This document shows, one piece after another, positions 12,032 to 24,014 of a stretch of DNA of 64,000 nt. Positions within the stretch are counted from its first letter, which is position 1; every line of letters begins with the position of its first letter. Location: contig NMRA01000991.1 of assembly GCA_002633005.1 (NCBI GenBank), forward strand, positions 12,527-76,526, read 5' to 3'. The DNA is from Phoronis australis (Eukaryota; Animalia; Phoronida). Position numbers and translations under genes: made by a program. The notes under the pieces were generated by a model, which saw only the letters and a program-made list of their open reading frames with translations, had not been told where the DNA came from and did no database searches.

Positions 12032-13611
12032 CTGCATAGTGCATGGTCTGGGAGGGTAGTAGAGATGAGTGCTCTCACCTTGGAGGAGTAGCAGCCAGGC
12101 TCCAGCTTACCGTTGGAAGAACCTCCAGCATACGCTCAATATACCATAAGAATGTGTGTTAAGGAATGTTTATACTACCGGAAAACAAATTGCCGTTTTC
12201 CTAATTTTGAGGAATTTTAATTTCCGACAAACTGTAATTACTTGCACAGAGTTATCATACTTTTTCCGTTCGATATAAAACGAGGGTGAAAAACCAATGA
12301 AGATACATCAAAATTTCATAGCTGAGTTTTCAGAAACTTCACACGGAAGAGGGTTTTCTTGTGAATCCTGTTGTAAAACATGTAATCAAAATTGTGGAAT
12401 AACCGCGTTGTATTTCATTTGCACAAGTTGCAATCAATTAACCATATTTAACCAATTGAGTAAATATTCTCAGTTATCCTAGTTACTATCAAGGAAGTGG
12501 CGCGGTACTTTTCAGTTTCCAGCAGATGTACAGTTACAGTGGTATACTCACGTTTTAGAACCATTAACAATACTGCCAGCTTCAGACAAAGTTTAGGGTA
12601 GCATGTCACCACCTTTGCTGTCTTTATCTCTATCACAGTGTTCATTTTGTGACCACAGTGTTCTTCATCAGAGAGTGTATTATTGTTCCCTTAAGATGAC
12701 TTAACTGCAAGCCGTTGCTGTTTTGGCCTAAAATTATTAAACGAAGACTAAATTTTATAGAGAGGGATATCTTGTTTCATAAGACTGTCGCGAAGCTCCT
12801 TAGGGATAAGCCATGCAAATCCATTCGGCCAAGAGACTGTAAAGGAACATGAAAGGTGGTGAGATGGGTAAACCCCAGTCACCAACGAGCTTTTGAGTCT
12901 GGCCCGGTCTCAAAGGTGAATGTAACGCAGGTTATGATAGGTCACAGCAACCTGATGAAAGGTGAAACACAACAGGTCGGCGTAACAGAATCTTGGTGAT
13001 TAATATGCTGAATAGAACATGAAACATGTGGACCAGTGTATTCCATACATTAGGTAATGAATTCTTGCAGACTGTCAAATAAAGAGACAGATGCAAACTT
13101 TCTTTTTCAAATCGTGTAAAAATATATTGCTTTATGACTGGATGACCATCAAAGGCCGTTAATAGTGGACCACCGATTAACAATAAGCTCAGTAAATGGA
13201 TATTAACAATTATGAAGAGCAAAATAGATAACAACAGAAAAAGTACGCGTACAGTGACATAAAATGCAATGCAAGTTCATATAAAAACGTAAATTTGTCC
13301 ACAGATCATTGATACAAGGTAAACCGAACGGTCAGAAAAGCATGTGTTTCAGGTGTAATCACAGTTTCCTCATTTAGAACATGCATAATAACATAAAACC
13401 TTGCACTGAGAGCTGTAAACGAGAAGTTTAAATTTTAAATAGATGGAGAATACACGTAAACAATGAGTGTCAATTCTTTTTATTATATACCTCGGAAAGA
13501 TGCATTCTTTATTAAATTTGATATTTTAAATATTCACAAGTTATCCTGTTGTAAGTTGGTAGATTTAAGATGGGTTATTGGCTGTATATTCTAGAAAAAT
13601 ATCTTGGAGAC

Positions 13612-13983
13612 GGATTGATCTAAATCCCCCTCCACCCACGGCATCCTCGACTTGGCCTACAAAAGTTCAACGAGATCTGAATATAGAACAAGAGCAGACT
13701 TGTATGACCAACGAGTCTGACTGTGAGCTCGTATGGCTTTCCCCTGCTGTTTTTTTGAAATCATGACAGTTAATCCCGCAAGTTTGAAAGCCAAAAACAG
13801 AAAGAAACAACGTGACCAAATCAAACCAAATTATAGTCCTACCAAAGTTACAAATGTCATTCCCGGCAAAGTGTTATCATCTCTTTTGCTCTTCAATTCA
13901 AATCGTTGGTATATTGCGTGGAACGACAAATATGTAACTGCTTCACAAAATACTGCTTGAAAAACAAGATCTTAATTAAAAGT

Positions 13984-14062
<79 letters not shown>

Positions 14063-14254
14063 NAATCCATTTTCTGTTCTTACCACCAGACTTGAGCCAT
14101 GGCGGATTTGTGAATAGTCAAGTGTTATGGCGATGTCGTTTATCGACGATATATTATTATGAAATTCATGAAATCGTAAGGATACATCTATTGCCACAGA
14201 TTCTGGGTCGACATGGTTGTTGGTCGTGGGGGTCGAGGGGTTTTAGAGCAATCT
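13612..14254. mobile_element. MITE family A, copy 1 (contains a (TA)n tract)
   Basis: TIR GGATTGATCTAAATCCCC ... GGGGTTTTAGAGCAATC. Internal segment 13670-13890 is homologous to 15525-15740. Confidence 0.7.
13988..14062. repeat. (TA)n microsatellite
   Basis: Direct reading. Confidence 0.98.
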
Positions 14255-14329
14255 GACGAAATTGGAAAAATTGTTATCATAAATCTAAATGTGCAATTAA
14301 CTATGCTTGAATAATAGAAGAATTTTAGC

Positions 14330-15250
14330 CAAGATTGGCTAAATATGTTGTCAAGAAGAAGTGTTCTGATTTCCTTACAAATTGGTTCTGTGTGTGAACA
14401 AACGAAGAATTGTTTACATTTATCAATTATTTTTCTGCAAAATTTTCATTCTCGTACAAACAGTGAAGCCCCGTATTCGTAGGCGTACTCAACAAACTGT
14501 GCCTTGCTGGAGAAGATGATGTCATTTACATCGATAAAAGCAAGAGAGGTCCTAAAATAGAACCATTTGGTACGAAATTGAAATGTCAAGGTAGTACTAC
14601 GTGACATTATCAAGATAAATAAACTGCTTTTATTGATAATATAACTTTAAAGCCAATAAAACTTATTAGAAATCCCGTTATGTTTTAATGTCTGAGGAAG
14701 ATATCGTGTTCGAAGTTATCGAAGGCTTTATAAATTCAATAAGAATGGAAATAGTACTTAGAACTTTGTCGATTTTTTAAAAAAGTTGACTAATTAAGTT
14801 TCCGCAAATTCAGTGGAGTGGTTGGGTCTGAAAACTATACCGGGACATATATAGAAGATTGTCATGAGAAAAAAAATGATCATGAAAATGTTTTTCGAAA
14901 CATTGGAAACCGTAGGTAGAATAGATATTGTAGAATATAGTTTACAAGAGTGTTATTGTCGGTGTCATTACCTTAATAAGTAGGGTTTACCTTCAAACCA
15001 CCTGGGAAATTACTTGTGTAGAGCGATTGGTTTAGAGTCATTGAGATTGGTTTGCATAAGAAATTAGAGCTTTTTGATAAATGAATATAATAGGCCTTCA
15101 CTTTCTATAGTGGATTTGGATTCAGATTTTTAATCATCTCTAGTGCTTCTTCATCATCAACGGTTTGATAGTTAAAGGTAGATACGTCAAGGTTACTTTC
15201 GAAATGTTCATTACATAACATTATGGTGATTATCAGTGAAATTAAAGCAC
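14330..15250 (-). mobile_element. Decayed non-LTR retrotransposon (CR1/L2-type LINE) reverse transcriptase fragment
   Basis: Minus-strand motifs appear in the expected order: ISILPTVS (RPISILP-like, ~14910-14935), FRPNHST (~14813-14835), KAFD-like (~14715-14735), VPNGSILGPL (PQGSILGP-like, ~14540-14575). Many stops and frameshifts. Confidence 0.75.
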
Positions 15251-15433
15251 AAGAAATGTTCGTCCAATAGTCATGTAATCGTCTATATAACGTATAGTCT
15301 TTTTTGATGTAATTTACTTCCCGACAATCCGACACCCTTGTCCTGTTAATATCAATAGGGTCTGCGACGACAATGTAACACCATTTGCTACAACCTGACT
15401 TCTTAGTTTGAGTTACCTGAAGACACAAATTTG

Positions 15434-16152
15434 GGATTATTCTAAAACTCCCTCGACCCTCTCGATCAACGACACCCTCGATTCACGGCCCAACAACCTA
15501 ATCGACCCAGTATGCACAAGCTCGACTCGATCTGAACATACAAGTGCTGAATTGCAGGACAAACGAGTAGGACTCTAAACTTGCCTGGCTTTTTCCCGTT
15601 TTTTTACATTAAAGAGAGTCGATTCGGCATATTTGAAAGTCCAAAAACAGAAAAAAAAACAACGCGACCAAATCAAATCAACGAACTACCAACGTTACAA
15701 TTGTCGTTCCCGGCGATGTGTAATCGTCTTGTCTACTCTTGAGGCAATAGGAAATTCAAGTTCTTTGGGGAGAGTGTTAAGAGCCGACGATTATGTATTT
15801 TCTTCAATTAATACAGTTTGCAAAAACACGTTAACTAAGAACGTATTTCAACGTTACATGGAGTTTGTTGTAAACGGATACACAACAGAAAGCACATAAT
15901 AAAAAATCATATGAATTCACATTAACGCACTCTCTCCCTAAGTTTAGTTAATCTGGGACATCGTTAGCCGCGTGCATGTAAGTCTCAAAGGAAAGTCATT
16001 CAGCGACGTAATGTGAATTTGAAGTGCGTAAAATGAGCAAACATACTTTTATTTCCACAGATCGTGGATCAAGGGGGTCGTAAGTCTTGGGTCGTGGGTC
16101 GACGGAGTTGTAGGTGTGGGGGTCTAGGGGTCGATGGGGTTCATAACAATCC
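15434..16152. mobile_element. MITE family A, copy 2
   Basis: TIR GGATTATTCTAAAACTCCCTCGACCC ... GGGTCGATGGGGTTCATAACAATCC with TCGACCC subterminal repeats. Flanks are CAAATTTG/TAAATTTG (possible 8-bp TSD). Confidence 0.75.
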
Positions 16153-17004
16153 TAAATTTGGAACAGAGCCGAGCATTTGGGAATCAACGCAACTCCTGTA
16201 TGAATTTGTCTTCAACCCAGTCTGTATCATATGTCTGCAGTTAATTTAATAGAGAACGGAGTTGACAATAATCTCTGGGGGCTGGTGGGGTACGATTTTG
16301 TCCCATAGATATTTTATGAGCATGTGTGTTGACTAAGAACGAAAATCCGGAAATATGCCATTTGGATGACGTAGAACCTTGTAACGGTGTGGTAAGTTAA
16401 GCTAAATATTTGCAAAATGGTTGCACATACTGTAATACACAGCCAGAGAATTTCATTTTACTATTTGCCAATCTATCATTAATTCAGCCTGTGATCGTGT
16501 ACTGTTTCATGAAATTTAGTAGAAAAGAACAGTTCAATGATGACAAAACAATTACAATTATAGTACAGTATATGTGTATACATGTACCTCACGTGAAATA
16601 CGGGAAAGAATAGCCAATCCGTTTATCACGTTAGAGGCCGTATTCAACGGTAGCAGTCGTATTTCACGATTGGTGAGCTGTCTCCTGGTACAGCAATTTT
16701 GCGTTTACAACGTCATATTGATTAGGATCGTTTGTTTGGGTTACCAAAATCATCAACACAAGGCGTCGTTCCTGAAAAAGCAGTTTTACTGCTCAAACAA
16801 AACAAAAAATTACCTACGAAAATTCCGACGCTCGGTGATCAGGCGGATATTGGTGGGCCTCGCTGAACTTCCAGTTTGTGTAATCATAAGCAAGTCAAGC
16901 TAAGTAGCGCCCTCGGCCTAGAAAATCAGACAAAAGACTAATTCAAATCCAGATAATGCATTTTGTAATATGATTATGAAATGTGTAAAAACCGCAAAAA
17001 GTAC

Positions 17005-17093
17005 ATCCATTCTATTGCCACAGATAGTGGGTTGTCGGTCGTGGTTCATGGGGTGTGGAAGTAGAAGGGGTCGAGGCGGTTTTAGGACAACCC
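17005..17093. mobile_element. MITE family A, isolated right end
   Basis: TCTATTGCCACAGAT...GGGGTCGAGGCGGTTTTAGGACAACCC matches the right ends at 14187-14254 and 16050-16152. Confidence 0.6.
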
Positions 17094-18951
17094 TTCCAGA
17101 ATTGAGTTTTGGTAGTCACACGTTTCCTAAGTCTTAGCACTACTCGTAAAACAACAATACCAAGGATTCTGAGTAAGTTAGGTTTAGTATGTTTTGCTGA
17201 TACTCCTAAAATATGAGATTTTTTTCTCTTTCTCAGCGTTTTTATGTTTTGGGTAGTTAAAAGGAAAGAGTAAGAACCTTCAACTCGAAGTTATTTGACA
17301 GTTTACTTTCTACTTGCGGGCAAACATTAGGTTTATAGTTTAGATTTATTTATGGTTAGCGCGGATGATGCATTTGGTAAGCAGGTCCAAGTACTTGTTT
17401 ACGCGTCATAGGCGTTTTTTTCGCCAAGAGCGGAGTGCAGCTTCCTGATTCAATTATTTGAACAGAGTCATAATGGCACGTCGGTGAAGTTTAGAATACG
17501 AAATTGACCTTTCAGCTGTTCATAGATACAGTCCTAAGTATGTTTTTGAACATGGTTAGCATGCCGCACAGTTTCTTTCTCCTGCAGCCGATTTGAAGCA
17601 GAAGCATCCAGTTCACTATTTATTGATATGAGTTCATGCTTTAAGAACACAATGCCGTTATTATCAACGTGAGTTTGTGAACAATTGCTTCTACACCTCG
17701 ATCCTCCAAGATCCTAAGAGTCCTGGATTGGAATGTTTGAAATACTTACAGTATTACGGGAAGCTTTTCGGCAGTTTGTTAACCTTATTGGCGTTTCTCG
17801 TGACTCAGCTCATTGTCGTGAAAGCAGGATCGTGTTACGTGTTCACCTGGCTTAAAGTACAAAACTTCCAACAAAAATGACGAACGGGATTGATGTGTGA
17901 CAAAAGCAGAAATGGAAACGAGTCACGCACATAATACAATGAAATCAAGGACTCCGTTGTGAATCTCAAAAATATGAAACAAATAAATGGAAACAGTGTC
18001 ACCAAACAGAAAAACTTACCCCGGACTTCAGTTGATCGGTCTAAGTACGGGAGTCGTCATTGATGGTAGGCCCCTATCTTGTTTCGACGGTGTAATCGCA
18101 AACGATTTTCATGTAATCGTCCAGGATTGGAAAGCTACGACGTCACAATAAGTTATACCCCATGTCATTTTGATTGTAGTTGGAATTAGTAGCATGAGTG
18201 CGTAACGTTTTTTAGTGCACAAGAAAAATTCCATTTTTGACCCACACGACACAGAATATCCCAAAAATAGCTTGTCGGATTTACATGAAATTTTTAGATA
18301 CTATGTCTCTTTATCTTTCTCCAAAACGCTGTCAGGCATTGTTTTTAAATAGTTCCATTTTTGCATAACGAACTATCAAAAATAGGACTTCCGTGATAGA
18401 ACAACAGCGAAACGATAATTTAGAAGACTGGCACCATGTTAAAGTTAACAATACGTCTTTGCTTATGATATTGATTGTGTTGTTTCGCTATGATTATACA
18501 GTTCCTTTCCAAAAAGTTTTACTGAAAAGCCTGGTCAGGTTACTTAAATGATTGCAGATAAGTATAAAGTAGAAAATGAAATTCAACAGAATATTGTGCT
18601 TTTGCTGGTTTAAGTCTTAGTTTTGATATGTTTGGATAAATGTAAGGTTTCGTCAAAACCTGAAATAACTGCACAACTAAACCTGGCTCCATTAGTAAAC
18701 TAAAATGCCTAGGCTATCAGATATCAACATGATAAAAAGGATGGCAATGTGTAAGTGAACCTTGTATCTGCATTGTTTTGGATATATGTTTGCGTGTAGT
18801 ACGGCTGTGCGTCTTGGAGGTCACATGTACTTGTCCGTACGTGTGTTCGTGCAAAACTCATGAGTGTTTATGTGTAATATTGTAAATTTAGCAAATATTA
18901 GACACCCAGTCGATAAATATAGAAAAGAGGTCAAACAAAAACTGGACTTAC

Positions 18952-18985
18952 ATTTCAACTGAGCGCTGTTTTACTTCTTGCCTGT
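18952..18985 (-). CDS. Candidate 34-nt (or 30-nt) micro-exon
   Basis: The minus strand reads CTGTTGCAG|ACAG|GCAAGAAGTAAAACAGCGCTCAGTTGAAAT|GTAAGT. Only the RQEVKQRSVE frame is open. Confidence 0.2.
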
Positions 18986-20028
18986 CTGCAACAGTGGAAT
19001 TTGTATGTGGATGTTGATATAAATGTAACCTACCTCGGTCTCCGTTTCATCTCTGGTAACCTACTTGCGAAACAGGTATCACTTAGTTATTTCTCGTGGT
19101 ATTTCACTCGTCAATACATTTATGTTAGCACCTCTTACTTCTATACGTTTTTTTTTTCATCATACCCGCCAATTCCTGTGTGCAGGACTACACGTCACTT
19201 TCCTACCCATCTCATAGAACTATTGTTATCACGTGCCTTGAGCCACCGTTCATGTCACTGGGTCTTTTTATCTCCTATCTTACCAGAGATCAAATATTGT
19301 TTGGTTTGTATCCTCAACCAATTCCTTGTTGAGATTTTTAACTGCCTATACTGTAGTACGCCTATTGCAAAATGAGAGAATATGTACATGTATCAAGGAG
19401 CATTTAATCACAGAGAGTGTAAATATAGGCCAGTATTTCATGAAATCATTGAATGCGGCACAGGTCTATTCAATCTTTGTGCACACATTTAAACGCCTGC
19501 TCAAAATCTGCAGTCACTAGTGTGGCTGTTAGCGCGAGTCAGTTACAGTATTCACCTTCTGATTTCCAGTTTAACGTCTCCTTGAATGTATTTGTTGGCC
19601 AGTCATTGTAGGGCAAATGTCCATGCAAATTCTCTGGAGACTTTGTAGTTTAATGGAGTCTTTTTCAGTGCTGTACGTAGTGGGACGAAGGCCCACATAG
19701 GCGCAGCCAATTACGTTTTTCCTTTCCAACGTGACGTTTACCCATCGTTCGGTATACGTGGGGTGTAAGTGCACGTAGTTGCAGCCAACCACCTTTTTAC
19801 AATTCATTGCATAGTAATAACCTTTTTCATATTAATGTACATGTACATGTAGCGTCTACGGGTACTGTGAGGCGTAGTCTCAATACTATAGCTTACGGCA
19901 TCAATGAGCTATGACGACTGTAGCATTGTTGCCAAACATATTGGCGCGCGTGACCTCCAGGCATACATGTATGCTCACTGAGTAATGGAATATTTTAAAA
20001 TATATCAAGATAAAAAAAACAAGTATGG

Positions 20029-23000
20029 TGTCACGTCCATAGGTGGATAAAGGGAAGAGGAGGTGGCGAAGGGCTCCGAGCAACCCAAGGTTGTGGGCGT
20101 TGCGCTCCTATTTTCCCTTAGAATTGTGTTTTGAGATCCCTTCAGAGACCACTTGGAATGCACACCAACCTTTACCTCCGTGTGTAGACTCTATGTTAAT
20201 CCTCAATCGTGAGTCAAAATTAGACCTACATGTCTGTGAGTCAGGTTTTGCAAGTTCAATGCAATTTTTAAATTCAGCGCCCTAATTTTTGCACTACAGC
20301 ACTGGTAATCTTATGCTCTTCAAAGGTCATTTTGGCCAGTTTATTTGTTTCTTTTCGGACAAAAAAATGTAATTCATGATAAAATAACCTTGAGCGTTAA
20401 AACCATGCCCTCACCATGCGGGGCACGAAGTACGGGTAACAAAGTTTCTACTAGGTCTTCCCGCCAAGGGATTTCAAATACCAAGTGCACAGGTCCACTT
20501 GACGGCAAGGAGGTGAAAAAAGGCTCTGATAGATGGGGATGCAGTGGAAGGGATCAGAAAGAACTGTAAGATAATGGGAGCATGCTTTAAGTTACGTTGT
20601 GCATTCACCTTTCCAAAATGGACCTATGGGTCTGTCAAAACATGGGGCAGAGGTATTGCACAAACAGGCACACAACCCTTGGATATTTTGAGGAAAGATG
20701 TAGTATGCTAATGTCATTGGAATTTGCTAGCACATATCGCTGAACCCATCTTTCTGTCGACCTTGGAAACAGAGTTACCGTACAACAACGAAGGAGAGCT
20801 GTAATCTTGAAGGGAAATCAAATACATGTAGGACCATACTTAAGACTGTTCAAATTGAAAGTGAGGGGATTGAGGCAATGTATGTCGTATACGTTAGAAC
20901 AGTACAATATTTTTGATTCGATGTTTAGAACGACGAAATTTTATGACAGTTGCCAGTGCTTTGTCTTGCACATTCTTAGAGACGTAGCAAGCGCAAGTAC
21001 GTGGCAGACCTGCAAGTTCGGCAGCCTGACCAACTTCGTGAGTCTCGCGAGAATAAGCTCTTCTTAAAGCTTCCAGAGAAAGTACGTTCTCTGGACAAAG
21101 GTGGATTTGCTATAGTAGTCTTTCGTCATGTTGCGCTTACTGCTTTTTCGACACATACGATGGTCTTCAAATTCACCGTAAGCTTTCCAATTCTTCCGCT
21201 ACCAAGGCTAGGCTGAGTCAGTCAAAGCACTTGTTGCTCTGGAGATATACCCTGCTTTACATGGAAAAGTCTGTGAAATTTTCCATGCGCAAATGACTCT
21301 TTTTAATGTATACTGTGTACATGTATGCCGGAAACGATATCACTATGGTGGGAAGCACCTACCTAGTTTTTTACAGGCTCAAAAATGTTTTACTATGAAA
21401 CGGTGCTCCCAATTAAGAGTAAAGATAAGCTAAATTTACTAATTTGCAAGCTTTTAAAGGTTATCTCCAACGTTAAATAAACAAGGCTCTGTCAATCAGT
21501 AAAAGTAAATACTTTCTTAAAGGAAAAACAGGTAAAATAAAAAATGTAATGATAATTCTATACCATTATTTTTATTACGTTACCGGTTTTCAAATCAATT
21601 TTTCATTCTTAAGAAAGGTGCATTTAAAGGAAAATAACCCCTTAATCGATTTTAATGAATACTTATTTAAATGAAAACTTCACCACTTACATCAAAAATT
21701 TTGTTAGGAATTTTAGTTTTGTGTTCTCATATGGTGTCCATGATAAATCAACTCGCAAATTGTAAAGCGTTTTTGTAAAAATAGCAGTCGTATTTGTAAT
21801 GTAGTTACTTTAGTTTACCCTAGAGGCCGCTCTTTGTATAACACACACAAGTTGATGACGTAGCGATAAGTAGTGTCAAGTTTACTAGTTAGATAATAAA
21901 TCATTATCAAAGAAATCATCTTTAAATACAGTACAGTATTCGTCTTTTTTACATTACGCAAAAACTAGACCCTTATATCGAATAATCGTACTGTTTTCGA
22001 GATTGAATCATAAATATTAAGTTTGTAAAGTTTCAGTATAATCCACGTAGCCCTTTTTGCGATATCGTGTTCCTGAACTCATATTAAGCCGATTTCCCGA
22101 AGCCAAAAAAAAACAGTCGTGAGTCTCAACTTTTGCGGTTAATTAATTTTCATTCAATATAACCTATGCATGCTATAATCTATACCATGTTCGATGCTTC
22201 CACATTCACGCGCATTGTCAACTGAATTATAACCAAACAGGCTGTATCATTGGTACCATTTTCAATACTTCAACAATCATGCTCAATGTCAATTGAATTT
22301 AAAGTACGCGATTTTATTATCAGAGGAACGTTTCATCGGTCAATTCGGTTTCCAATCCATCGAGTCTAACTAGATAATGCAGTTGGAGCCAACACATTAA
22401 GAGGGGATGCTGGTGCACTGTGGTTCACTTTAAAGTAGGTCAACAGTACATACTACGCTCCCGGAGACTGGTATGAATCTCAAGTACGAAATGGATAATA
22501 GAAATCCAGTCGGCAGTTAAAGCCAGTTAGTGAGCTTGTGATCGAAACAGCGAAATGTCAAACTACCTATCGTATTAACGTATAAGGGAGACGAACACAG
22601 ACACATACATGTATGCGTGAGGTGACACGCACTATATTTTCTTAACACAACTCCCTCGGGAGTTTTGTCTTCATTATCCCCAGCATCTTTCTAACGTAAG
22701 TGAGTGCCGTCGACTCAAAATTATCGAGATTTATTGATCGAAAGGAGTGAGGGTACATACGGAGCTGTTCTGTGCCTGGTGGGAGCTTCGATTAGAAAGA
22801 CAGTCCTTAATTTTTTGACCTCGGATAAGTAGTAAATATATTCTAAACGGCTGAGCTGTTGCAAGGTGGTTCTGTGGAATTTCATTTTCTAGCCACACGG
22901 TATATGTTTTGTATTTGAAATTCCCCGAGAATCAAGATAAGGTATTTTGCCACTCATATGTGAAATAATGTAAAAATGGGCATTTTTTGTAAATAATGTT

Positions 23001-23806
23001 TGAGACATCGCAACACGATTAATGCAATAACCTGTACAGTCACGCTAACAACCAACTGTCATGATTAAATTCAACATCAGTTCGGTGGCCTGCATACGTA
23101 TAGAGAGTGGTCATAAACATCCATGCATCCTCTGCTTGGAATATATGTGTCATCCAATTACCTCAGATCGACAAAGTCGAAATTATTATGTCATAAAATG
23201 ACTGAATTTGTAATAGTCCGTGAAACGTTGCTTTCAAACGAAAACAGGGAAAACTGGTAATTTCCCGTGACATCTGACTTACAAGATCGACCGTTCCTTC
23301 CGTTTTTGTAAGTCAAATGCCGCTTTGTCACTTGCAAAAAATCATCTACCTGACAAATGATTGTTCTGTTCCAAGAAACTTAAGAATCTGCTTACAATTA
23401 GAATATTCACACATTGCACAGGGCCATAAGGGAAGTCCTAGGCCTGCAAAGGGCAAAGGTAGGATTTGCGCTCAGTGCTTCGTTTCTATTAGAACAAAAG
23501 CATTTTTTCGTTTTTGAGATGCAAATAAGAACTGCACAATGCCATATGATTTGGGTGAAAGCTTTATAGAGCATGACAGAAAATGGTCTTCAATCTCAAT
23601 CTGATGAAAGACACCTCTTAGCCACAAGGCCCTCAAATGTTGCTTTATAAAAAATGGTAGGTCTAACGCTGTGGTTACTGCGTGAAAAAAAACGCCAAGA
23701 GGAATACCTCGTTGAATGTGACTAGGGTAAGGGGTTCCCCAAATTATCAGAGTCGTTGGGCGTTTTACTGAACTCCGGTGCTTCACTAACCCACGAGAAG
23801 GTGACA
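20029..23806 (+). mobile_element. Highly decayed Gypsy-like LTR retrotransposon relic with internal insertions
   Basis: TGTCAC...GTGACA ends. Protease-like LDGKEVK/ALIDG near 20498-20540. RNase-H-like YDLGESF...HKALKC..KN..SNAVVT near 23545-23680. No TSD or LTR pair confirmed. Confidence 0.35.
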
Positions 23807-24014
23807 CACGCCTTTGCTGTAGTGTAGGCAAGTTCGGTGCAAACAGGCACAGGACAAAAGAATAAAAAAACTCGTAACAAAGCCATGTTCAATCAAGGAC
23901 ACATAATATCGGAATTCATATCAACTGCGCACTATGTGATAAGCTTTTGCAAGTGGGTAAAATGTTAGGGATAGGTTAATAATTTCTAAAAAAACACCGC
24001 AAATAAACTGTGCT

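Noticed and set aside
13906-14256. YIYIYI ORFs on both strands
   Set aside because: They are translations of the (TA)n microsatellite.
20960-21040. Minus-strand GQAAELAGLPRTC resembling retroviral RNase H (SAQAAEL)
   Set aside because: There is no downstream TDS motif, and the neighbouring retroelement-like motifs are on the opposite strand.
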